Origin: Lama glama
Lineage: Eukaryota
Direction: 5' to 3'
Assembly: GCA_028534125.1 (NCBI GenBank)
Contig: CM052817.1
Location: 11,782,001 to 11,846,000 of the forward strand
DNA: 64,000 bases
The notes beneath the pieces were generated by a model. The model was not told the origin of the DNA. It saw only the letters and a program-made list of their open reading frames with translations, and made no database searches. Position numbers and translations under genes: made by a program. Below, one piece after another: positions 1 through 11,876 of this stretch (position 1 is the first letter of the stretch; the number at the start of each line of letters is the position of its first letter).

Positions 1-404
1 ACACATCTTTTGTTAAGTAATGGTAGAATCTCAAGCAAGAAATATGCTGATTGGGTAATAGAGGGGCTCTGAAAGTGAAATTACCTCTTATACTTGGGCA
101 GGAATCCTGATCATTGCACGGGATGGATGCTCAAACATGACACTAATGGACTAGATGAATAAAACTCTTTTTCTTTTTCTTTCTCTGTTTCTATACTCTG
201 CAAAATTCTACCCTTCAAAGGTAGGAATCTGAAACTTTTTGACGAAGGTCTTGGTAGGGGTCATAACATGCCATTTAAATCGCTATTGACCTGGCCTCCG
301 AAGCTGGGTGTAATCTGAGCCTTTCATTCTTTGCATCTTGCTCTCTTCTCCCTTTCTGACAGCATTCTTACCACACAAACCATTTTCCCTCTAAAATGCT
401 GAGT

Positions 405-797
405 TTACTTCATGCCTCAGATCTTTGCACTACCCCATTCCCTCTGCCTGGCATGTTCTTCCCGCAGCCATTTATCCTTCACCTGGCCAAATTCCTGCAC
501 ATCCTTTGGGATTCAGTTAACTTCTAACTTATTTGAGATGCTGTCCTGACTTCACAGTTGCGATTACCCAGTCGGTCACCCTGTCCTACTGCTGTCCATC
601 TTTCTTCCTAGAACTTTTCACATTTCTCAGAAGTGAATGAATCACTGTATAGTTTTTGTTTCATGTCTGTTTTCCTCTTCAATCTCTCAGCTTCTTGAGG
701 AGAAGAACCATTTCAATATCATACCTTCTGTATCCATAGCCATTAACTTGTAGCCTTCGCACAGTCAGTTCTGTTGTTTGCTGAATGAATGAATGGA
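405..797 (+). mobile_element. L2 LINE 3' fragment
   Basis: L2-like 'ctttgcactaccccattccctctgcctggcatgttcttccc' and the diagnostic L2 tail 'tgtttgctgaatgaatgaatg'. Confidence 0.7.
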
Positions 798-1174
798 ATG
801 AAACTCAGCAGAGACATAGATGCTCAGATCTGGAATAGACTCTTAAAACAGCTTGCATCTTGTGAGTTCCACAACAGTCCTTCTGGTCTTCCAGTAGCTG
901 ATTGTCTCTGCTTGAACTCTTCCCCCAACTGAGAACTCACCCTTCTTGAGGCTGTCGGTTCCATCTTTCTGACAGCTATAGAATTTCTATGTCCATTAAA
1001 CTAAAGTTTGTCATTCCATAACTCTTACCTGTTGATTTTATGTCCTGCCCCTTTGGGGTTTTACAAAACAACCCTAATCTACCCTTTATTTGGCAATATT
1101 TTGGAATTTCAAAACAGTGATTCTAACCCCCAAGCATTTTTGTTGAATATCCACTGTTTGATATTCATGCTTTA

Positions 1175-1340
1175 TCACCATTATCTCACTTAATTCTCAA
1201 CACAATCCTTGATGAGTTGCTATTATTATCCCTATTTTATAGATAAATTGAAACAATTTGCCAACAGCATGGAGCTAGGAAGTGGTGGCACCACGATTTG
1301 AAACCAGGAACCATAATTTGTGTAACCTAGATTCTGGTAT
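1175..1340 (-). mobile_element. MIR SINE
   Basis: Antisense MIR core 'tattattatccctattttatagat...ggaagtggtggcaccacgatttgaaaccagg'. Confidence 0.7.
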
Positions 1341-1645
1341 GCCCAGAGGACTAATGCAGATAATATATTCGATAAATGTGAAAGACCCTTCACATTTTGG
1401 TCCCAATACAGTGGGTAGCTCTTCCTTTCTTACTTTTTTATCTTTTACACTCTTTTGTATAGTTCTAAAAAATGCTTTTGTCCATACTTCCTTAGTGTTG
1501 GTGATCTTTAATCCTTTTCTGCATTCATCTAATGGACAATCATATATATATAGAGAGAGGGCTGCATCTTTAACTAGACCATCCATTCCTGTACAATGCA
1601 TCCAGCACCTTGAACCTTGGTAATGGCAATGACATGCATTTTTTT

Positions 1646-2145
1646 NNNNNNNNNNNNNNNNNNNNNNNNNNNNNNNNNNNNNNNNNNNNNNNNNNNNNNN
1701 NNNNNNNNNNNNNNNNNNNNNNNNNNNNNNNNNNNNNNNNNNNNNNNNNNNNNNNNNNNNNNNNNNNNNNNNNNNNNNNNNNNNNNNNNNNNNNNNNNNN
1801 NNNNNNNNNNNNNNNNNNNNNNNNNNNNNNNNNNNNNNNNNNNNNNNNNNNNNNNNNNNNNNNNNNNNNNNNNNNNNNNNNNNNNNNNNNNNNNNNNNNN
1901 NNNNNNNNNNNNNNNNNNNNNNNNNNNNNNNNNNNNNNNNNNNNNNNNNNNNNNNNNNNNNNNNNNNNNNNNNNNNNNNNNNNNNNNNNNNNNNNNNNNN
2001 NNNNNNNNNNNNNNNNNNNNNNNNNNNNNNNNNNNNNNNNNNNNNNNNNNNNNNNNNNNNNNNNNNNNNNNNNNNNNNNNNNNNNNNNNNNNNNNNNNNN
2101 NNNNNNNNNNNNNNNNNNNNNNNNNNNNNNNNNNNNNNNNNNNNN
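1646..2145. other. Assembly gap (500 N, fixed-size placeholder)
   Basis: Run of exactly 500 N; the left flank ends in a T run. Confidence 0.99.
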
Positions 2146-2164
2146 GTTAATAAGCAGGCTATTT

Positions 2165-2380
2165 ATCATAGTGCCTCAGAGACCCCGGCTAATAGAGCAA
2201 CCACCATCTCGAACATGGCCTGTTGTTGTGACAGGAGGAAAATGAAAGAGCCCTGATGTGTCTCACCAACAATTGAATGCTTGGCCTGAAAGTGACACTA
2301 GTAACGTGGCTCCACCCAGTCACAAGGGACCAGAGAGTACAATCCTGCCACATGTGCAGACACGTGTGTTGTGTTGGATA
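2165..2380 (-). mobile_element. MaLR LTR fragment (old MLT1)
   Basis: 'gcttggcctgaaagtgacac...gtaacgtggctccacccagtcacaagggaccagagagtacaatcctgcca' resembles antisense MLT1. Confidence 0.55.
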
Positions 2381-3292
2381 CGACCAAAAAGAATTGCCCT
2401 CAAATTGCTTACAATCAAGAATTGACAAGTTCATGGGAATTGAGATTCTATAATCATGTTTCTATTGCCAATAGACGATAGGCATCTGAGGATGGAGGAA
2501 GACAACTGACTTTTACAGAATATTCATTATGTGCCATGTGCTGGGCCCCCTATGAATAACTCCTCATAAATCCTTACGTTACACCAACAGAGATAGACAT
2601 CACCATTCTAATTTAAAGAGAGGCAAGATTTAAACTGTCCTTTAGTTTCCAGAGTCTAAGTCAAGCTGCCTCTAAGAATGATGGTAATATCGGCCAGAGT
2701 TAACTAAGTTGGGTAGGTCTTTGACTCTGCTCGTTCTTTCTGACTCTTAGAACTATCTTTACAGTCTCTCCTCCAAATCACTTCATGAAAAACTTGCTTC
2801 TCATAGTCAATAAATAACTAGATGTTTTTTAATTTGGGTTCTTTGTTAATTATTATATTTATGTTCAAATCCAAATAAAGCTTTCTGATAAGATGAAAAG
2901 GCCTAATGAGTGTGGGTTGATCATTAAAGCTGGAAGTGATGATTTCAGACACTGTCATGGTGGGAAATAAATTCTTATCAGAAACTGAGTTAACAATTGA
3001 CCAGGTTGTCCCTGTACAAATGCCTCTCTTTATTAGGAAGCTAACCCTATGGGAGGATGTAAGACCTGTTTGCACTTTTTATCTCAGACTTGATAATTGT
3101 CTTTTCTATTTCAGAGGCTCATCCAGCAGCTTATTAAATGGTGCCCCCAAAGCCTCAAAGAGCGCTGTCTTCTATGATTTCCTGTCTCATTCCTGGGAAA
3201 TTGCTCAAGTCCTGGTGGAATACTGCAAACTGTAGAAGCTTCTGGACTTTCTCTGCTCTAAAAGGTATTCACTAGCAATCAATAAATCAAGG

Positions 3293-3510
3293 AGAGGCAC
3301 AGTGGAATAGTGGTAAAAGCATGGAGCAAGACAAACCTGGGTTTGAATTCTGGCTTCTCTACTTAGTGACTATGTAGACATGAGTAAGTTATTTAACCTC
3401 ACTGATAGTGAGTTTCTAGATCTGGACAAAAGAGGGTAACAAAATCTACCTCAGAGGCATGTTGCAGAGGTTAAATGAGATAAAGCAGGTAGAAAATACT
3501 CAACACAACC
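3293..3510 (+). mobile_element. MIR SINE
   Basis: 'agtggtaaaagcatgg...cctgggtttgaattctggcttctctacttagtgactatgt...gttatttaacctc...ttaaatgagata'. Confidence 0.8.
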
Positions 3511-4184
3511 ATGCAATTATAATGTGTTTTTGTAGGCCTGCCATGAATGACTACATAGACTGGGCACTGTATGTCTCTACGGAGTGCCATTCACACATGG
3601 TCAGTACTGTGTAGTGAACAACTTTCATAACCATAGTCTTCCTACTGAAGGACAGAGCATACTGCCAAGTGCAAAAAAAAGTATTTAGGAAGGCAGTCAT
3701 TATCATTATTATTACTCTTCCCGTGGAATTTTCACACCTGGCGTTCTCTCTTGACATCTCCTTTTTGGATCACTGGTTCTGTTGAGCAACCTGCCTACCT
3801 TCAGGTTCACTCTAGCTGGACATGTTTCTTCAATAACATACTTGCATTTTGGAGAAAGAAGGCTGTAGGCAGTTTCTGACCTGCAATCCTGGAATACTCC
3901 TCCCCCTCCTAAAGGTAGAGATTAGCTCTTCTGTTGCCTGGAAGGTGGTATCAGACACCATGAATAGCATAAGCTAGGTTTAGGAGACAGAGGACCTGCT
4001 TTTGTGAGTGAGGGTGGTAGTGTCAGGCTGTTGGAACTTGAACTTGAAAATTGTGAGTGATTTTCTTGAACATTTATTTCATAACCACAGAAGCACAAAA
4101 AGGCCTTTGAGAGTGGTGACAAAAAGAGTTAAAGGAACAATAGAACTTTGTGACTAGAAATTTAGTACTTTTTAAAAAAAATGA

Positions 4185-4314
4185 TTTTTTTGGGGGGGAG
4201 TAATTAGGTTTATTTATTTATTTAGTTATTTTAATGGAAGTACTGGGGCTTGAACCCAGGACCTCCTGAATGCTAAGCATGTACTCTAACCACCGAGATA
4301 TAACCCCTGCCCCC
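4185..4314 (-). mobile_element. tRNA-Ala-derived camelid SINE (Vic-1-like)
   Basis: Minus strand reads GGGGCAGGGGTTATATCTCGGTGGTTAGAGTACATGCTTAGCATTCAGGAGGTCCTGGGTTCAAGCCCCAGTACTTCCA (A box, AGC anticodon loop, B box), then (AAAT)n-CCTAATTAC-C-run-A tail; imperfect TSD tagtactttttaa/tggcacttcttta. Confidence 0.85.
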
Positions 4315-4948
4315 TGGCACTTCTTTAGAGAGTATCTATGCAAGGCAAAATTTACAACTGGATCATCAAGTGTTAATACAAATTTATGAATGTTGAACCT
4401 TAGGTGCAACCAGATTCCTTTGTTAACTGGAGGCAAGGCATTTTATGAATCTTACAATTCTTATTTTGAATAGCTTAGCACCATGTTCCCACTTTAAACA
4501 TACTGATTATAAGGTGACATCTTACCCAAACTGGTAGATGTACTCTTTACTCCATTCCTTTGGAAGTGTATCTGGAGAAAGAAAAGGGAAGAGAAAAATG
4601 AGAAATTACACCTCTTTGGGAATCATAAGAAGTCTTGGTTTTTATCCTTTATATGTAAGTGGATTTATTTGCAGTAAGTTTTTTATAGGTTGAAATTTGT
4701 ACTGCTCAAGAGAAGGGGAGTGGGTTGTATGTGATGGGTGAGGAATGAAAGATGGGACAATTAATATTTTGAGATCTACTCTGTTCCAAAGTCTTTCCAT
4801 ATTTGTTTAATCCTCATGTTTCCACTTCACAGTGAGAAAACCCAGGCTCAGAAAAGATAATTTGTTTAATACCATACCTTTCCTATTGGCAGAGTTTGGG
4901 TTCTAACCCGTATCTGCTGACTCCAAGTCAATCCTCTTTCATTTAGAC

Positions 4949-5160
4949 CAGGGTCAGCAAACATTTTGGGGAAAGGGCTACAGTAAATAGATTTTGTGGG
5001 CCATATGATCTCTGTTGCAACCACACAATGTGGTTATATAGTATAAAGCCAACCATTGACAGTATGTGAACACATGAGCACTGGTGCATTCTAATAAAGC
5101 TTTATTCACAAAACAGGCAGTGGGTGGGATTTGTTCTGCAAGCCTCACTTGCCAAGCCCA
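4949..5160 (+). mobile_element. MER58-like hAT-Charlie MITE
   Basis: Starts 'cagggtcagcaaac', internal 'tttgtgggccatatgatctctgttgcaaccac...aataaagctttattcacaaaacaggcag', ends 'cttgccaagccc'. Confidence 0.8.
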
Positions 5161-6147
5161 AGAAGCCTCATATAAAAGCTAAAACACCAAATCCTAAAAC
5201 CAAAAGAATAGAAAAGAGCTAAGCAAAGATAGAGTTCTGAGGAGGACACTCAGTTTTGTAAAGGGCATCAAAAAAAAAAAAATATATATATATATAGTTT
5301 TCCTAGATATTGAGAGGAAAGGCCATTTCATATGCACTATGTGACTGTCAGTTATGTGACAGTGCCAGTCTCTGGAAGGCAACCAAACTCTTCCTTAAAT
5401 ATATGCGTGACCAGTATTTCAAAGATTACATCTTAGTTAATCACAAAAGACTAGATCAGAGCGTTCCCCAACATACACAGACTATCACAGTCCCTCTCCA
5501 GTTGAGTGTCTTGTTCCTTCTCTTCTTGTCACTGACTAAATTTTAATGTAATCCGTAAATTCCATTATACAAGCGAATCATCATGTTGTTGAAACAATTC
5601 TAATATAAAGCCAGACAGATAAAATTTACTTTTAAGGTACAACTATAATGTTATTTTCTGTACTGAAGATACTGTGGATAAAACTTTTCTAAAAAATATT
5701 TCTTTGACATCTGTTTATTCATCTTTACATTCTAAATGGATAGAGACTGGGAGGCCCAAAACAAGGTACTAACTAAAAACAGTGAAAAATTATTTCTATA
5801 TGAACATCAGTGTAGTAAATGGAAGATGTAAAAAGAATAGCTTCTTAACTCACTAAATTCCATAGGAAATCACCAACTTGGTCCCCTTTGCATAGTCAGA
5901 AATTACCTGATGCAATAACTAAACCAAATAATGTAACTGAGGAATACAAAAGACTCAAAGCATTTTGCAATGGGCTTCAGGTTCAGTGGCTTATGATTCT
6001 GGTTCAGAAATCCTATTGCAGTGGTTTAGGCTAGAAAGGAAGACAGTCTAAGTTGAGACAGTAACTCTTACGCAAGGTAAGAGGATATGAGAAGTTTTTG
6101 TATATAGAATTGACAAAATGTCGTGTATTAGTTACAAGTCAGTGTAG

Positions 6148-6190
6148 TTGATGATGATGGTGATGATGATGATTATGATGATTTTTGATG
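6148..6190 (+). repeat. (GAT)n imperfect microsatellite
   Basis: tgatgatgatggtgatgatgatgattatgatgat. Confidence 0.9.
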
Positions 6191-6399
6191 GGAGGAAACA
6201 GAAACTAGCAGTGAACTTAAGAAGAAATGATGATTTACTGGCATGATTCTGAGTAGCTCCTGTAACTGAAGAAAGGTTAATGCACATAATTGATCAAATC
6301 TTGGGAAGGCAGAAATCAGGGAATCTCTAGAGACATCAGTATTAAGCCTCCATATATCTTCTTTCTGGGATGTTGTCATATGGTTATTGACTTCCAATC

Positions 6400-6870
6400 T
6401 GTGGTTTGTTAGTTGCATTAGTAGTCCCAATTAAAGACTTCATTGTATCCATGTCTTTTGCTTTGTAACTCTATAGTCTCCTCTCATTCTGATTCTGAAT
6501 TGGCCCTGAAACAGTAGCAAATGTGATGTAATTAGAAACTTGAATAATCGCTTGCAGATTTTTGCTTCCTTGCCTGTTTCTTGTCTTTGCCATAAGAATG
6601 TGCCCAGGCTAGCCTACTGGATGATGTGGCACATGGAGAAGAGCTGAGTCATCCCAGCTGTCTGAACAGAGCCCTGAGCTATGACAGAAAGCTCATTTGA
6701 AAACTGTCTGTCCAACCTGCAGCAGACTGAGTTGCATGAGTAAGCCCCACTAAACCTAGCTCAGATCAGCATAACTGTCTACCTACCCCACAGACTCATG
6801 GGAAGTAATAAATTGCTCTTTTAAGTAAATTTTGTGAGTGTTTGTTACACAGCCACAGCTAACTGATACA
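6400..6870 (+). mobile_element. MaLR solo LTR (MLT1G/H-like), apparently inside an older antisense MLT1 (about 6220-7000)
   Basis: TG...CA ends and the MLT1 3' end 'aataaattgctcttttaag...tttgttacacagccacagctaactgataca'. Confidence 0.7.
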
Positions 6871-8052
6871 CTACCTTTGTGTCTCTCCATTCAAGTTTTA
6901 ATTTCTTGTATGAGAGGATCTGTTTGATTCATCTTGGTCCTTATGTTATACCACTGAATCATTTAGCTGTGACCAAGGAGTAGGTGCCATGGTTAACAGG
7001 AGAAAGCTTGTGAGCAGGAGAAATACCCAACTGGTAATTTATACATGGGGGAAGGGACTGGGATAAAGGTGAAGAGTCAAAAACTCCTGGAATATTTGTA
7101 AACAATCCCAGAGTTTCACCAATCTCTTAAGAAGGGCTTTCAGAGTTCCACTGATGTAGCTGTGAATCAGCATTGGGGAAATTGCTTGTTCATAAGAAGC
7201 CAATAAATGATTGATCAAACCCATAAGGAAGTTGATTGAATGGAGAACAAAAAAAAAAAAAAGGATCTGTGTCTTGTCTTTGCATCCTCAGTGCTTAGCA
7301 AAATATGGCACATAGAAAGCAATATTTTTTTAGAGAGGGGCTGAGCATGAAAATCATTGTCTAGAGTAAAATATCAACTGTTGATACTGAAAAAAGAGTG
7401 GCCAAATGATGCTCACTTTAGATATATCAATACATGATAATATTAATTATAAAAAAGTAATAATTTGTGCCAAAAATAAAAACGTTGTTATCATATAATA
7501 GACGGGTGCATTTTTTCAGGCAACCAGCCCATGAACTACCTGCTTGTACTATTTATGGCTCTGCTTTTCTTCTTTGCCATATCATAGAATTCTAGAACTG
7601 GAGGGGAACTGAAATCCTCTGGTCTAGAGAGCCTAGTGCATTGTCTGGGGACATGGCTGTCAAGTCAGTGCCTTGCCACTGTCCCACATGCTCTTCCTTC
7701 ATGGAAGGTTCTCATTGGCTTGTCTGGGCCCCCATTCACTAAGTCACTCTTCTATCTTATACTCAATCAGCACATAGTTACTGAGCTCCAGCCATGTGAC
7801 TGTACATATGTCCCAGGAGCCACGTGCTTCTGACTGCTGGTCAGTCTGTGATTAACATGATCCTACTCACAAGGAAAACATTCATTTCCCAATTTTTATT
7901 TCTCACACTTTATAACCCTCTGCGTACATATCTGGGCTAAGTCTCTGATACCCTGGCAGCTGAGCTGAGGGGAATGTATTGAGAGGAGTGGCATGAAGGG
8001 GCACTTTTTTCCTTATGTGAACTCTTGAAGTTAGTTGCATTTTAACCATAAT

Positions 8053-8135
8053 TCCCCTCCTTCCTCCCTTCCTCCTTTCCTTCCTTCCTTCTCCCTTCCT
8101 TCCTTCGTCCTCCTTTCCTTTCCCTTTTTCCCTTT
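8053..8135 (+). repeat. (CCTT)n-like polypyrimidine low-complexity tract
   Basis: tcccctccttcctcccttcctcctttccttccttccttctcccttccttccttc... Confidence 0.9.
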
Positions 8136-8339
8136 GGCAAAACTGATTAACTCCTGTTTTTAAAAAGTGGCATGTAGAACTAAAGACACCTTTGTTAACC
8201 TTAAGTTGCCCACATCTAGCATATGTTGTGACAAAAAAGAAAAACAGAAAAAAAAACAAAACAGAGATTTTACACAGATCTAAGAAGGAAACTAACAGTT
8301 GTGGACAATTATGGTTCCTATGTTGTTCTGGTTGTTGGC

Positions 8340-8535
8340 ATATAATATCTCATTTAATCTATGCAATTACTCTATAAAATAAACTAGATATTCGTATCCT
8401 TATTGGTAAATGAAGAAGATAAGGTCAGACTGTTAGGTGATTTTCTCAAAGTCACTCAGCTAAGGCGCAGCAGAACTAGGCTTTAAATTCTAGTTCTTAG
8501 AGTTGTGACTGCAAAGCCTGTGCTCCTTTCTCTGC
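8340..8535 (-). mobile_element. MIR SINE
   Basis: 'atctcatttaatct...aaatgaagaagataaggtcagactgttaggtgattttctcaaagtcactcagctaag'. Confidence 0.7.
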
Positions 8536-8597
8536 ATGTTGCAATAGCTCCATCACCCTTCAGCCAGATTCCTTCTCAGCAAATGAAACAGAGTCCC

Positions 8598-9058
8598 TGT
8601 GTTCCTTACTTATTCCTGTAATATTGCTGTGTAATGAACAACCCCAGAACTCACTGGCTTATAGCAGCAGCATTTACTTTTCTCACTGAGGAGTCTGCAT
8701 GTTGGCTGGCCTTCGCCTGACCTCAGCTGAACCTGGATGGCTTCATCTGGCTTGGGCTCCCTCGCACAGGCTGGATGCAGGTGTACTCCAAATGTCTTCT
8801 CAAATTCCATCTCCCAGCTCCTTGGGCATCTTCTCATAGTGAATGATAGGAGTTCAAACCATGCAAACCTTTTAAAGCTACTGCTCACATTACATTCATT
8901 AACATTGCATTGGCCAAAGCAAGTTACATGGTCAGCCAAACATCAAGGAGGCAGGCAGTTATAGCCTGCTCGTAGTGGGAGGAACTATAAGCGTTCTGAT
9001 GCATAACTGTATGACAGAGAGCAGGTGAAAAACTGGGAACAATAATTCAGTCTACCAT
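8598..9058 (-). mobile_element. MaLR solo LTR (MLT1F/G/H-like)
   Basis: 'attgctgtgtaatgaacaaccccagaactcactggcttatagcagcagcatttac...cattggccaaagcaagttacatggtcagcc'. Confidence 0.75.
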
Positions 9059-10169
9059 GGTCCCAAACCAGCAAGACGGCCAAGCAGGTGTGTGTCAGGG
9101 ATCTATCTCAGTGATATTTAGAGTTTGAAATTCCGACTTTGTCACTTCCTGACCATGAAGCATTTGACCTATCACCCAGCCCTTCTTAGCCCTCACCTGC
9201 GCTGGACTGGTCATCATAATACCTGTCCTGTATTCCTCATAGATGTATTGTATAGATAGATCTAAGAGAGGGAATGGGAACTTCTTTATAAACTTTACTG
9301 AAGTATTCAAAGTTCATTGTTAATGTTGTTATTTATTGTTTTTATCATTATCATAACCACCTTAATTAGAGTACAGTTGAAGTCTTTTTCGGGACCACCT
9401 GGTAATCCAGTTTGAGAACCAGGTGGTCTGTGGGCTGTGGCATTAATGCTTGTTTATTTTATTATTGTATCTATGGCTTAGTTACGGGTATTATTAAGTC
9501 ATTTATTTATGATACTTAATAAAAGCAGGCATTGTCTGGTCTGCAGCCCATCAGAGGCAGTACCAGCCTTTCATTTCCTGGGGTGTGGTTTTCATCTGGG
9601 GCAGCCCCAAATGGGAATGAGGATAGTTGGTGGTTCGTGGGCATCCTCTGTTTCGCCAAAGTGGTCTGCAGTCTGCAGGAGCTTGAGAGCTCTGCTTCCC
9701 ATAAGTGCACTGACTCTTGAGCTGAAAGCATTCACACAATTTGTATTGCTTCATAATGGGCTGAATTCTTTCTTCATCAGACAAACACAAGTAGTGCTTG
9801 AAGTGCACAAGAAAGAGCAGGAGGTAGCCTCTGCCAGAACCAACTATCTGTAAGTGTGGATGCAAAAGAATATTTCCCTGAAGAAAGAAACCTTAGCAAT
9901 GAGCGGAGAAGGGAGAGGCAGAAGTTGCTATTAAAAAACTAAATGGAAAATTCCTAAGATAAACCTAAACATATTTTTAAAAGGCTTGCGTGTTTGCTCA
10001 TACAACTCAAATCTGTGAAATTCAATTCTCTACAACTCAACTCAATCAATATTTCTAGAGACTTTAGTGTCAACAATCCAGGGATAGGCTCTAACTCAGA
10101 GATGAATAAAATATAAACTCTGCCCTTAAAAAAAAACCCTCCAGCTAATGTGAACACACACCCATGTGA

Positions 10170-10300
10170 GAAAAGTTAAGGGTAGGAGCTAGAGTTTTTG
10201 GAGTCAGGTGGGGCTGGATTGGAATCCTGGAGCATGGTCTTGACCTTGCTGAAGTCTTAGTTTCCTCATCTGGGAAAAGGGGATAATAATGAATAACTGA
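10170..10300 (+). mobile_element. MIR SINE fragment
   Basis: 'ggagtcagg...ggaatcctgg...cttagtttcctcatctgggaaaaggggataataat'. Confidence 0.65.
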
Positions 10301-10314
10301 ATTCACCTGATAGT

Positions 10315-11030
10315 GATTCATTTATTTAAAAATACTAAGTATGTAATTTGAGTAAGGGGATATGGCAGCCTTCAAGGAACCAACAGGCTTACCGGGGAGA
10401 CAAATATTAAACAGAAATAATTTAACAATAATTTTGAAAAGTTCTGCCAAAATCAAATTCAAGGCACATGGGATATGGTATAATGGAGGAGTAGGGTATA
10501 GGATGTGGCATTTTTAGGGGACTTAACTTACGTCTGACAGTCATGGACTGCTGCCTTATTAAACAGAAGGAGAAAGGATGCTTGTGACTTAGCAAGATGC
10601 ACACCGTGTGCCTGTGTGCACACACATTTCATATGCTGGGGTTGGAGGAGCAGGATGTTTAGGGAGAAGGAATGACATACAAAAAGACTTTGGTAGAAGG
10701 GAGAACAGCACCCCAGAAAGTAAGAAGAATGTGGGAATGGAGTGAGAGGGTTGAAGAGACAGACTGAGACCCTTTGTATAGAAATCATATTAAGGGTTCG
10801 GGCTTTGTTCTAAAAGCGAAGTGAACTATTACAGGGAATTAAATGGGGTGGCGTTGGTGGCTAAGATCACATGTGCTTCGGTGTGGGCAGGGGTTGGGAA
10901 GAAGGCAAAGACAGATGCTGAGGGGCCAGTAGGAAGTCTATTGCTTCTTCTAGGAGAGAGGTGATACTAGCCTCCTAGCTGGTGGGAGTAGAGGCGAAGA
11001 AAAAGACAGTCTAGAAACAATCTGAGGAGG
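10315..11030 (-). mobile_element. L2 LINE fragment
   Basis: Purine-rich antisense L2 'attcatttattt...ggctttgttctaaaagcgaagtgaactattacagg...aggaagtctattgc...aggagagaggtgat'. Confidence 0.65.
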
Positions 11031-11039
11031 TCATAGGTG

Positions 11040-11870
11040 TCAAAGTCACAATTGATCTCCATGTTGTCAAATTCAATAGTCAATTCTCTGTCCTAATCTT
11101 GCTCTGCACTTGACACAGATTGATCATGCCCTTAACGAATCCTCTTCTTCCCTTTGTTTCTGGGATGCCATCTTCTCTTGGATCCCTGCACTGCACTGGT
11201 CACTTCTTAGTCTGCTTTGCTGCATCTCTTTAATCTTCAAGGCTTATAAATTATTTTCTCCCCTGCAATGAACTGAATGTTTTTGTCTTCCAATCCTCAA
11301 ATTCATATATTGAAATCCTAACTTCCCATGTGATGGTATTAAGAGATGGGCCTTTGGGAGGTAATTAGGTCATGAGGGTGGAGCCTTCATGAATGGGATT
11401 AATGCTCTTATAAAAGGGACCCCAGAGAGCTCTCTACTTCTCTCTTTCCCATGTGAGAATATAATGAGAAGTCTACAAACTGGGAAGAGGGCCCTCAATA
11501 GACCCCAACCAGGCTGGCACCTTGATCTCAGACTTGCAGCCTCTAGGATTGTGAGAAATTGGTTTCTGTTGTTTATAAGCCACCTAGTCAGCGGTGCTTT
11601 GTTTACAGCAACCTGAACTAGGATTTCTCCTTGTAGTCACTCCCTTCAAATTATTATTTCCAGCCTAGGGACCCCTGACTTGTACATCCAGTAAACATCT
11701 CCACTTAGTCCACTGTAGTAGCCTTGCAGGGTATCAAAGCCAAGATGGAACTGTCAGTTCTACTCCATGTCTTCTATGTTTTATGACTCTGTTCTTCCAG
11801 TTATGTAGAGCAAAAGCACTTGGCACCTGGCTTTTCTCATAATTCACATCCAGTTCCTTAGCACATTCTG
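11040..11870 (+). mobile_element. L2 LINE fragment interrupted by an MLT1A-like LTR
   Basis: 'aaagtcacaattgatctccatgttgtcaaattcaatagtcaattctctgtcctaatctt...ttgacacagattgatca'; continues after 11625 with 'ttatttccagcc...gacttgtacatccag'. Confidence 0.7.
11264..11623 (+). mobile_element. MaLR solo LTR (MLT1A/MLT1A0-like)
   Basis: 'tgcaatgaactgaatgt...aaattcatatattgaaatcctaacttcccatgtgatggtattaagagatgggcctttgggaggtaattaggtcatgagggtggagcc...tttataagccacctagtc'. Confidence 0.9.
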
Positions 11871-11876
11871 GACGTT

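Noticed and set aside
1570..2245. Long ORFs of 177-211 aa
   Set aside because: Artefacts of translating through the 500-N gap
4230..4314. tRNA-Ala-like sequence (also about 28825-28905)
   Set aside because: Followed by a SINE tail and flanked by TSDs, with degraded stems; SINE heads rather than tRNA genes
7903..8259. 118-aa minus-strand ORF rich in K/G/E/R
   Set aside because: Translation of the (CCTT)n low-complexity tract
9551..9865. 104-aa minus-strand ORF as a protein-coding gene
   Set aside because: No recognisable protein similarity and a non-ATG start; kept only as a possible non-coding exon
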